From contig OZ242326.1 of assembly GCA_965208325.1 (NCBI GenBank), positions 1,376,001 through 1,440,000 of the forward strand: a stretch of 64,000 bases of DNA, written 5' to 3'. The position numbers and the translations under genes were made by a program. The notes under the pieces were generated by a model that did not search any database, had not been told where the DNA came from, and saw only the letters and a program-made list of their open reading frames with translations. This document shows positions 8,627-17,408 of this stretch, piece after piece. Positions within the stretch are counted from its first letter, which is position 1. Each line of letters begins with the position of its first letter. This DNA comes from Candidatus Poribacteria bacterium (lineage in GTDB: Bacteria; Poribacteria; WGA-4E; PCPOR2b).

Positions 8627-11600
8627 ATGACGGGACGATGCTCCATGTATTATAGGTTACGGCGACAATCTATCAAATATACCTTATTCGCAGTTTGGCT
8701 TTTGAACTTCTTCGAGTTTTGCCTTTTGCCCGCGCCCGCCCAACAGACCTTCCAATGGCGCAGCTTCACACGAATCCACGATGGACTCAGCAGCAACAAT
8801 GTTCGGTCGATCGCAGAAGACAGCTTCGGACAGATTTGGCTTGCGACGAGCAGCGGTTTGAGTTGTTTCAATGGTTTCTGGCATGTAATTGAAGTTTCAA
8901 TCGGCGATTCGAGCAGTAGTGATATTAATCATATTTTTAGCGATATAGATGGGTTCATCTGGGTGATGACTAGTGGGGGCGTCTTTCAAGGGATGCCGCG
9001 CAATGGCGGGATGGATTGGGTGCATCACTACACTACGGCTGATGGGTTAATCGACAATTCGATTACGGCAGCCGTGCGGCGCCAGAATGGCGAGATTTGG
9101 GTTGGAACGCCTTCTGGCGCCAACTGGTTCGATGGGAACAGGTGGCGTGCTGCGCCAAATGCTGAAGAAGGCAGTGTTAACAAAGGCGTACGTGTCGTTT
9201 ATGAAGATAAAATGGGTAATTTGTGGTTTGGGCTTTCACGGCCAAACCGCCCTTACTTAGTTAGCCGTTTTGACGGCGCCGAGTGGGAGGTTTTCCGTAT
9301 TGAGGACGGATTGCCGAACGGCGATGTAGAAGCGATTACATCCGATCCCTTGAACAACATTTGGGTCGGAACGACTGAGGGGGCAGCGATTTACGACGGT
9401 ACAACTTGGCAGATTATAACTTCGCCGGAACTAATCGGCAACAACGTCCAGTCCATAAAAATTGACGTTGAAGAAACAGTGTGGATTGGCACCAGCGTGG
9501 GAATCAGCTTGTTCAGCCGCGGAAGATGGAGGCATTTGACAAAGGGACACGGGTTGGCGAGCAACAATATCCAGACGCTGTTTGAATCACGGGACGGTGG
9601 AATTTGGGTGGGCACACGAGATAACGGTGTCAGTTTCACCGATAGATTGTGGAGATCGATTACGACAAATGACGGATTGAGTGATAACCAAGTGACATCA
9701 ATGTTGACGGATGGCGGCGGGACAACGTGGGTAGGCACTCGCAACGGATTGGTTCGGTATAGCGGCAGGAAAATCGAATCGGTAGAAGAGCTACTGGGGC
9801 GCGACATACGCGTGCTCGCCGAAGACGCCGAGGAGCGCCTTTGGGTCGGTACAGACTCGGGCATTGTGGTATTTAGTCCAATAATTGCGGATGAGCCTTC
9901 CATATGGCGGCATTTTCGGAGAGCGGATGGGCTAAAAAATGACAGCGTTCAATCTTTGGCCGTTGACGCAGCGGGTGATGTTTGGGTGGGTACAGGAATT
10001 TTGCTTGCCGATGAACCGGGCTTCTTCCCCGGTCTAGATCGATTTGATGGTGACCAATGGCATGCTGAAGAAGACATTTTTCAGGAATTCGGCGAAATAG
10101 TCGCCGTGATGTATTCAGATTCACGAGGGCGTCTGTTTTTTGGCACTGTTGGCGACGCTGCAAGCGATGGCGAGTTGTGGGTTTACCATGGAGGAATTTT
10201 GAACCGGATCAGCCCTAATATTAGCGGATCCATCAATGCTATTATGGAATCTTCCGACGGCAGCATATGGATTGGGACAAGTGATGGCATCCTAATTTTA
10301 GATGGAGAAGCGCTGCAGCAGACGAATCGACTGACGACTGATGATGGATTGGTAGATAACCGTGTACAAGCGCTATTCCGGGATGAACCCGATAGAATGT
10401 GGATTGGCACGGTTGATGGGGTCAGTCTGTTTCAGACCAATCGATTTGCGCGCTCAATCACGGCAAGCGACGGTTTAAACAGCAATAACATCTCCGTCAT
10501 CATCAAACCGGCTGATGGCGTGCTCTGGTTTGGGAGTAAGGATAACGGCGGCGTCAGCCATTTTAATCAGGAGATGATACCGCCAACCACGCGCATAATC
10601 GAAGGTCCCACAAACGGTGAAATTGTTGGAGATACGAGCGTTATCTTTAAGTTTGAAGGAGGAGATCTTAGCACGCCAACCCGAGAACTACGCTATCGAT
10701 ACAAACTTGATGGCAACCTACCAATGCCTACCGATGACGACGGTTTTTCGAATCGTGTTTCGCTGACAGGCCTGGCGGAAGGCGGCCATCGATTCATCGT
10801 TCAAGCGATAGATCGAGAGGAAAACCTGGATCGGCTTGGTGCGCAGGCAGAATTTATTATCGATTCGAAACCGCCAACTGTTCTAATAACCAATCCGAAG
10901 CGCGGCGCGGTCATCAAGGGAGTTTATGGAATCGAGGGTAGCGCGACCGATATGGATTTTCACGATTACGAGATTCAGATTTCGGGTCAATCTGTGTTCA
11001 CCTCAAACCAACCTGTGGACAGAAATACGCTCTATCGGTGGGATACGCAAACCGTACCTGACGGCACATACAATATTCGGCTCACAGCGAGAGATACACC
11101 AAACGGCGACTATGACCGCGAACATCGCGCCGAGGAGATGATATCCGTCGAAGTAGACAACACCTTACCCGGTGCAAAAATTAAGCAGCCGTTACCTGAA
11201 GCTACAGTTACCGGAGAAACCGAGGTTGAAATTGAACTGACCGACCTTCATCTGATGAGCTATCGGTTAGAATTCACACGTGCGGCATCGAAAACTGACA
11301 CGCCGGAAGAGATTACATCGGGTTCAATCTCCGACAGCCCATTATCTATTGTGAAACAGGTACCGTGGAATTCATCAACCGTGTATGGCCATGTAATGCT
11401 TCGGGCAGCAGTTGCAGATGCAGCCGGAAACGAAGGGGTGTCAGAAGTTGTTCCCATTTTCCTCGACAATGAAGGCGCTAAGCCAGTTGTTGAGATTCAT
11501 CGGCCGAATGGAATTAATCCGATCTCGAAGGAAACAGCCGTTACCGCAACAGTCGGCGTTGGCACAGCGCCCGACACCTTTATTGAAAACATAAGCCTCG

Positions 11601-14050
11601 AATACCGACGTGTAGATGACCTCCAGGGTTGGAAGCCGCTGCGCGGCGGCCGTCTAACTTTGAATAACGAAGAGATTACACGATGGGACACTACTGCGCT
11701 CCCTGACGGCGAATATCTGTTACGACTATCCGCAAAGGACAGCAATGGATATTCGTCAAATTTCGAACGGAAGGTGTTTTTGGATAATACGCCGCCGACG
11801 GGCATCATCAGATTCCCGCAAGATGGGGATGTTCGAAAAGCCGAACGTATAGACGTAATTGGTACGGCGACGGATGAAAATTTCGAAGGCTTCGAGCTAG
11901 AATATTCTGTAAATGGCGAAACATGGATACTGATTCCAGGATTGAACACCTCGGTTGAATCGGAACGACTGGGAAGCTGGAACGCGGCAGCCTTACCCGG
12001 CGGCGCTTATCTGCTGCGTCTCACAGTCGTCGACAAGGCGGGTCTAGAAACAACGACAGAGGTAAGCGTGGTACTTGATGACTCGGATGTTATTTCGTTA
12101 ATTACCTCACCTAAGCAAGATGCATACGTCAGCGGTCAAGTAAGAATTACGGGCACAGCTAACGATCCAAATTTTAATCGATTTCATTTGGAATATCGGC
12201 TTGCAGGCGTAAATGGTGCATGGCGGCCAATTCCAGACCTATTCAGTCCCGATAAACCGAAAGAAAACGAACCTCTCGCAGATTGGAATACGCCTCAGCT
12301 CGATGAGAAATACGAAGTCCGATTGACGGCTTTCGACGATTCGGGAAAGAGTGAAACCCACATCGTTCCGGTGCATGTTGATAATCTTAAGCCAAGCGCA
12401 CATATTATCAAGGTTCAATCGCGGCATGCGGAATCTCAAGCTTCGGGGATACTATCGGGTGAAATCGAAATTTTCGGTGAAGCAACCGATGTCCACTTCA
12501 AAGACTTTCGCCTAGATTTTCGCCCTACCGATTACAGCGGCGATTGGCAACCGATTCCCGTGCTGAATTCCACAAGACCTCGACGGAACACGACACTCGC
12601 TATTTGGAGGAATACGCCCCAAATTGACGGCGAGTACGAAATTCGCTTGGAAGTTGAGGATAAATCGGGCAAGTCAAATCCGGCTTTTATGCGCGTTGAA
12701 ATTGACAACCAATCTCCGATTGTTGAAATCTCTCAGCCTAGTCATCGCCAGTTGGTGTTCACCACCATTGAAATTATCGGTACGGCGAGCGATAAATATC
12801 TCGAAGCCTATCAACTAGATTTCAGAGCAGAGGGGACCGCCGAGTGGCAGCAGATAATTCGCGCTACCCATCCCAAGGAAGCAGCGGTATTGGGAGAATG
12901 GGAACCCCCGATGGTAGACGGCGGGTATGAAATCCGCTTGCGCGCTTTCGATTTTGATGGGTCAAGGCAGCCGAGTGAGTCAATCGTACAGGTCCTCGTC
13001 GATAGGTTGCCGCCGCAAGCCGAAATACACTCTCCTACGGCGAATCAACAGCTACCCCGAAAGGTTGACATTCTGGGAACAGCGGACGATCTGAATTTCA
13101 ATGGGTACGTTATCGAATACAGCGGCGGGCAATCACCCGATATCTGGCGGCCGATATCCAAAACGGGGTTTTTGAAGCCGGTGAACGAAGGGCTCCTGGC
13201 AGAATGGAGTGTCCCGGAATTATCGTCTGGCGAGTATTCTTTGCGGTTGCGTGTAGAGGATGGCGCCGGCCATGAGAGCGCCACGTCTGTCAAGGTGTTT
13301 TTCCGCGAGCGCGTGGAGCGCCAAAATAATAGTGTTGTGCAGAGTGAAGATGGAATCGCCAGAATTGTTTTCCCGCCAAACAGCTTGCCAGAATCGACGT
13401 ACGTGACTATAAATCCAGTTCAATCTGCGAATGGGCCGTCCTCAGCCTCCAGCGATGAGATGTTGAACGGCGGCGGATCGCCGAATGTCATTCCGCGCTT
13501 CGATACAATCTACAATTTTGAACCGGCAAATTTGCAACTTCACCGCCTTAAACCTGCAACGATAGAGTTTGCCGTGCAAGAACTTACACCGGCCATGCGA
13601 AATGAAGCATTAACAATTTCTCACTGGGATGGCGCGCGGTGGAAACCCATCGGCGGCACAATCAATGAGCGGCAGGGCACGATTTCGACTGTTGTATCAG
13701 GTTTAGGGCAGTACGCCGTAACAACAGCACCTCCTGTGGAAATTGACGGCGACGTAATCATCGCTGACTTAACCTGCCAACCGCGCCTCTTTTCGCCAAA
13801 CAAAAACGAATCAACATCAATCTCGTTTCGATTAAATCAACCTAGCAATGTCACGGTGCGAATCTACAATGAGGCAGGACGGCTGCGGCGGAATCTAAGA
13901 GAATCAGAACAGCTTTCAACGGGGCGGCATGTCTTTTGGTGGGATGGGCGCGACGACGATATGCGGCGGGTTGTCAGCAACTTTTACATTGTTACGGTTG
14001 AAGCTGAAGGAGCGTTAGCGCGAAAAGCCGTTATCGTACAGAACAATTAG
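8627..14050 (+). CDS. Giant secreted protein: two-component-regulator propeller repeats + Y_Y_Y-like domain + about 8 tandem Ig-like repeats + FlgD-Ig-like C-terminal domain
   Basis: Many GL(S/P)xNxVxxIxxDxxGxIWVGT repeats; LRYRYKLDG...GHRFIVQAID; eight roughly 100-aa repeats (IxxP...GTAxDxxF...LAxW...GxYxIRL...VxVDN); PRLFSPN...VRIYNEAG...WWDGRD tail. Exact start uncertain. Confidence 0.85.
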   Translation: MTGRCSMYYRLRRQSIKYTLFAVWLLNFFEFCLLPAPAQQTFQWRSFTRIHDGLSSNNVRSIAEDSFGQIWLATSSGLSCFNGFWHVIEVSIGDSSSSDINHIFSDIDGFIWVMTSGGVFQGMPRNGGMDWVHHYTTADGLIDNSITAAVRRQNGEIWVGTPSGANWFDGNRWRAAPNAEEGSVNKGVRVVYEDKMGNLWFGLSRPNRPYLVSRFDGAEWEVFRIEDGLPNGDVEAITSDPLNNIWVGTTEGAAIYDGTTWQIITSPELIGNNVQSIKIDVEETVWIGTSVGISLFSRGRWRHLTKGHGLASNNIQTLFESRDGGIWVGTRDNGVSFTDRLWRSITTNDGLSDNQVTSMLTDGGGTTWVGTRNGLVRYSGRKIESVEELLGRDIRVLAEDAEERLWVGTDSGIVVFSPIIADEPSIWRHFRRADGLKNDSVQSLAVDAAGDVWVGTGILLADEPGFFPGLDRFDGDQWHAEEDIFQEFGEIVAVMYSDSRGRLFFGTVGDAASDGELWVYHGGILNRISPNISGSINAIMESSDGSIWIGTSDGILILDGEALQQTNRLTTDDGLVDNRVQALFRDEPDRMWIGTVDGVSLFQTNRFARSITASDGLNSNNISVIIKPADGVLWFGSKDNGGVSHFNQEMIPPTTRIIEGPTNGEIVGDTSVIFKFEGGDLSTPTRELRYRYKLDGNLPMPTDDDGFSNRVSLTGLAEGGHRFIVQAIDREENLDRLGAQAEFIIDSKPPTVLITNPKRGAVIKGVYGIEGSATDMDFHDYEIQISGQSVFTSNQPVDRNTLYRWDTQTVPDGTYNIRLTARDTPNGDYDREHRAEEMISVEVDNTLPGAKIKQPLPEATVTGETEVEIELTDLHLMSYRLEFTRAASKTDTPEEITSGSISDSPLSIVKQVPWNSSTVYGHVMLRAAVADAAGNEGVSEVVPIFLDNEGAKPVVEIHRPNGINPISKETAVTATVGVGTAPDTFIENISLEYRRVDDLQGWKPLRGGRLTLNNEEITRWDTTALPDGEYLLRLSAKDSNGYSSNFERKVFLDNTPPTGIIRFPQDGDVRKAERIDVIGTATDENFEGFELEYSVNGETWILIPGLNTSVESERLGSWNAAALPGGAYLLRLTVVDKAGLETTTEVSVVLDDSDVISLITSPKQDAYVSGQVRITGTANDPNFNRFHLEYRLAGVNGAWRPIPDLFSPDKPKENEPLADWNTPQLDEKYEVRLTAFDDSGKSETHIVPVHVDNLKPSAHIIKVQSRHAESQASGILSGEIEIFGEATDVHFKDFRLDFRPTDYSGDWQPIPVLNSTRPRRNTTLAIWRNTPQIDGEYEIRLEVEDKSGKSNPAFMRVEIDNQSPIVEISQPSHRQLVFTTIEIIGTASDKYLEAYQLDFRAEGTAEWQQIIRATHPKEAAVLGEWEPPMVDGGYEIRLRAFDFDGSRQPSESIVQVLVDRLPPQAEIHSPTANQQLPRKVDILGTADDLNFNGYVIEYSGGQSPDIWRPISKTGFLKPVNEGLLAEWSVPELSSGEYSLRLRVEDGAGHESATSVKVFFRERVERQNNSVVQSEDGIARIVFPPNSLPESTYVTINPVQSANGPSSASSDEMLNGGGSPNVIPRFDTIYNFEPANLQLHRLKPATIEFAVQELTPAMRNEALTISHWDGARWKPIGGTINERQGTISTVVSGLGQYAVTTAPPVEIDGDVIIADLTCQPRLFSPNKNESTSISFRLNQPSNVTVRIYNEAGRLRRNLRESEQLSTGRHVFWWDGRDDDMRRVVSNFYIVTVEAEGALARKAVIVQNN

Positions 14051-14053
14051 CGA

Positions 14054-16210
14054 GTGACATCCGTTTCAATGATATGGACTTCCAAAACTGTCTTGACAAA
14101 ACCGGGGACACTTCGCATAATATCCACGATGCGATGCTGTTTTTTTATAATCTTCATGTTCACGTCGGCGAGTGCAATTTACGCCCTCGAAGAAAGAGCG
14201 TCTACCGGCGTGCGTGCCATCGGCATGGGAGAAGCGTTTATCGGTGTCGCCGACGATGAGAACAGTGTTCGCAGAAATCCCGCGGGACTTGTCCGATTGG
14301 ACAGATACGCCCTCGGATTTGAACAGACGCCATCGAAGTTGTTCGGTGTGTTGGAAACCAACTGTCTCAGCGCAGTCTTGCCAGCGTCGGAAAAAATTGC
14401 GTTGGGTATGGATTGGACCCAAGTCGGGATTGTGGATGAAGAACTCGATTCAAGGCGCAGCAGTTTTAACTTCTCCTACAGCTACTATCCATTGTCCCTA
14501 CTGTCGATTGGGGCAAACCTGAAATACCTGACATGGGGCATTACGCTCGATAAGCAATCTGAAGGCAACGCCACCGGATGGGGAACGGACGTTGGCGTAC
14601 TTCTTCAACCAAACCGCAGTTGGACATTTGGATTCTTGGTGCAGGATTTTATCGGTTTTGGAGCTGGACATGGCTTTAGCCGCGACACATGGATGCGCCA
14701 CGACACCGGGGTAAGCGAAAGAGTATTCCCGACAAGGTATAAACTGGGAGCGGCTTATCGGCCCATACCCAATTGGCTCATTGCCGCGGATGTCACGGAC
14801 CGCATCCATGTGGGTGCAGAGTTTCTGCCATACGCCAATTTTGCTATTCGCGCCGGAATCCAAAAAGATTTGGCATCGCTTGAATGGCCGAGTTATTCGT
14901 TGGGTGGACGCGTAACATATCGATGGTTGGATTTCAACGCCGCGTATCTCATTCCCCCAACCCTGCCGCCAACAGTTTATGTTGGTCTTTCGCTCAACAT
15001 AGATTTTCGGCGGTTGCCGGTGCGGATTGAGCAGGTTCGTATAAAAGACCTCTATCCGGTCCATTATAATTACTACGCTTCGCCAAATAGGGAGGTGGAA
15101 ATCATTTTTTTGGAGGAGCCTATCACGCCGCCGGTTTTCACTGACGCCGACCGGGATCGGTACTATCCACTAATGCCGCTAGATTCAATCGGCAGGATCT
15201 GGCTAAAAAATGAGAGTAACAAACCGGTGACTGTCAGGATTGAACTGTTTATTGAACAGTTTGTCGGCCAAGACGGCACGGTAGTTGCATCTGATATTGA
15301 ATTGGAACCCTTAAAGCGGGTTTCTGTGCCAATGCGCCAGCTCGTTTTATCACGCGACGCCCTAGCGTTAACCCAAGCACAGCCTGTCGAAGCGAGAGTC
15401 AAAGTCATCGAGAGCGGTGGAAGTGCATACCGGACTGACACTGTCACTTTAACGTTACACGGCAACCATACAACACGGCTGGATGATGTCGCCAAACTCG
15501 GATCATTCATCTCCTCTGAAGATGCGGCAATTCAAGCCTTTATAAATTCCATTCGTACTGTATTTAACGACAGGATTGCATCAAACACGGTTCCGCGCAA
15601 TTTGTATACGGCTATGCTATTGTTTAACGCCTTGCATGGGGTGTCTTATGCGATTGATCCGAATATACCGGGTGCAAGCGGCACCATAGACGAGATCAAA
15701 TACCCCTTCGAGATGCTCGAACGCCTCAAGGGGCAATTCAGCGGGGATGGCGGAGTTCATGCTTTCGGAGATTGCGACGACAGTACGGCGCTATATTGTT
15801 CGCTGCTAGAATCGGCCGGGATACAGACAGCACTCATCCAGCTTCCTAACCATGTGATGATGGCGTTCGATTTGGGGCAAATTTCTCTCGATTGGGCGGA
15901 AGCGGTAGATTTGCCTGATAGTCACTATCAGCCCATTAACGGGCAGGTTTGGATTCCCATTGAGACAACGCTTATCAAAGACGGATTCATCGCGGCGTGG
16001 CAAACGGCAATTGAAGAAATTCGAGCAAAAGGGGTTATTGACTCGTCTACGGTTGAAGACGCCTGGGCGAAATACGGAGCGAGTTCCTTGCGCGGAGCGG
16101 AAAGACACTTTTCTGTTCCTGAAACTCGAATTAGATCGCGGATAGACGGCGATTTAGCACATCCGTGGTTTCAGGGTTTTTTGGAATTTTTCTCTCAGGC
16201 GCCACCATAG
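14054..16210 (+). CDS. PorV/PorQ-like outer-membrane beta-barrel fused to a transglutaminase-like domain
   Basis: GVRAIGMGEAFIGVADDENSVRRNPAGL (PorV/FadL-like start) and alternating beta-strands; C-terminal GDCDDSTALYCSLLESAGI...NHVMMAF...WIPIETT. Likely start ATG 14129. Confidence 0.75.
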   Translation: MTSVSMIWTSKTVLTKPGTLRIISTMRCCFFIIFMFTSASAIYALEERASTGVRAIGMGEAFIGVADDENSVRRNPAGLVRLDRYALGFEQTPSKLFGVLETNCLSAVLPASEKIALGMDWTQVGIVDEELDSRRSSFNFSYSYYPLSLLSIGANLKYLTWGITLDKQSEGNATGWGTDVGVLLQPNRSWTFGFLVQDFIGFGAGHGFSRDTWMRHDTGVSERVFPTRYKLGAAYRPIPNWLIAADVTDRIHVGAEFLPYANFAIRAGIQKDLASLEWPSYSLGGRVTYRWLDFNAAYLIPPTLPPTVYVGLSLNIDFRRLPVRIEQVRIKDLYPVHYNYYASPNREVEIIFLEEPITPPVFTDADRDRYYPLMPLDSIGRIWLKNESNKPVTVRIELFIEQFVGQDGTVVASDIELEPLKRVSVPMRQLVLSRDALALTQAQPVEARVKVIESGGSAYRTDTVTLTLHGNHTTRLDDVAKLGSFISSEDAAIQAFINSIRTVFNDRIASNTVPRNLYTAMLLFNALHGVSYAIDPNIPGASGTIDEIKYPFEMLERLKGQFSGDGGVHAFGDCDDSTALYCSLLESAGIQTALIQLPNHVMMAFDLGQISLDWAEAVDLPDSHYQPINGQVWIPIETTLIKDGFIAAWQTAIEEIRAKGVIDSSTVEDAWAKYGASSLRGAERHFSVPETRIRSRIDGDLAHPWFQGFLEFFSQAPP

Positions 16211-16436
16211 AACACAATCGGGTGCAATTGGTTTGTAGGTTGATTTTTGGCCAAGTTGATGTGCGGCGCCCGGAACGGTTAACACCGTACGAACAGTTTT
16301 TGAATTACCCGCTCTAGCCAACTCACAAAGACTACCATAAATTGTCTATCCCCCAGCAGAACTGCGGGTGATTGTTGATTTCCATGTGGCGTTACGTTAG
16401 CCACACATTTTTTTACACCAAAGGAGGACAACTACC

Positions 16437-17336
16437 ATGAAGCGAAAATACCCTATTCTTCTCACAATTTGCTGCTTGTTCGTGATTGCGGCTAATCCCG
16501 ATTCGCAGGCAGAAGATACGGTAACCGCCACATTCACCTTTGGAAAGATTGAGGTGCTTAAATCCGGTGAACGGGAATGGGCTTTTTTGGAAAAAGGTGC
16601 GGTCTTGAACAACAGTGATCTCGTGCGTATGCCGCCGTACTCGTTAATTCGGCTAAAGGATGCGGACGAGATGCTTTTACCGACGCTTCCGGGCGGGCGT
16701 GAACTGCCTATCAGCGTTTTAATCGAGGAGGGGCGCCTACGTAGGAATGAATTCAAAGGCAAGCGTGTTAGTGCGCCATTTGACAGCCGCCCTACAATTG
16801 ATGTGCTGCCGCTTGGCAACAGACCAAAAGGGGAAAACCGCTTCAAGGCACCTGCCGCAGCTCAACCAACGCCACTAATGCGGGGTGAACTGGAAGCGCT
16901 TCGCCGCGAACTCGACTCGCTTCCTGAAGAATTTGTGCCTTTCATCTCTCGAAGTCTCCTGCCGGATAATCATGCGACGACAGATGCGTATCCCAGCACC
17001 AATCTATCTGGCGCGCTTACCCTTTATCGCGACACGCTCAGAGAAATTGAGGCGAAAACGGAAGCGACTTCAAATCGTTCGCTCTTGTACGCCCAACTGC
17101 TTGGCCGGATTGAGATTGGTGCAGATCTTGTCGTGAACGGCAAGGGGGACCTTTTCGTTGTGTTTGATAGCGGTGTTCCCGTCAATGGGAGTAAACAGAT
17201 TACCGCCAATCATCAGCTCATTCATCATAAATCGGGGACAGATACCGTTTGGATTCCTCTTCAGATTACGCCTCGTCGACATAATTTCACAACCGCATGG
17301 TATACAGCCGGACGGAACCTGGAGGCCGGACTATAG
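16437..17336 (+). CDS. Exported protein with FecR-like N-terminal domain and degenerate transglutaminase-like C-terminal domain
   Basis: AAGGAGG RBS and signal peptide; GKIEVLKSGEREWAFLEKGAVLNNSDLVRM (FecR-like); C-half aligns by eye with the TGase domain of 14054..16210. Confidence 0.65.
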   Translation: MKRKYPILLTICCLFVIAANPDSQAEDTVTATFTFGKIEVLKSGEREWAFLEKGAVLNNSDLVRMPPYSLIRLKDADEMLLPTLPGGRELPISVLIEEGRLRRNEFKGKRVSAPFDSRPTIDVLPLGNRPKGENRFKAPAAAQPTPLMRGELEALRRELDSLPEEFVPFISRSLLPDNHATTDAYPSTNLSGALTLYRDTLREIEAKTEATSNRSLLYAQLLGRIEIGADLVVNGKGDLFVVFDSGVPVNGSKQITANHQLIHHKSGTDTVWIPLQITPRRHNFTTAWYTAGRNLEAGL

Positions 17337-17408
17337 TAGTGGAAAATAATCGGTTGATATGGACATGCTAGGAAAAACAGATACACTAGGTCTGTTTGGA
17401 GGTTCGTT

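Noticed and set aside
16387..16401. Third sigma54 promoter (TGGCGT-TACGT-TAGC) before the FecR-like gene
   Set aside because: GG-N10-GC spacing is right but both boxes deviate from consensus, and the site is also part of a TGTGGC/GCCACA hairpin; too weak to call.
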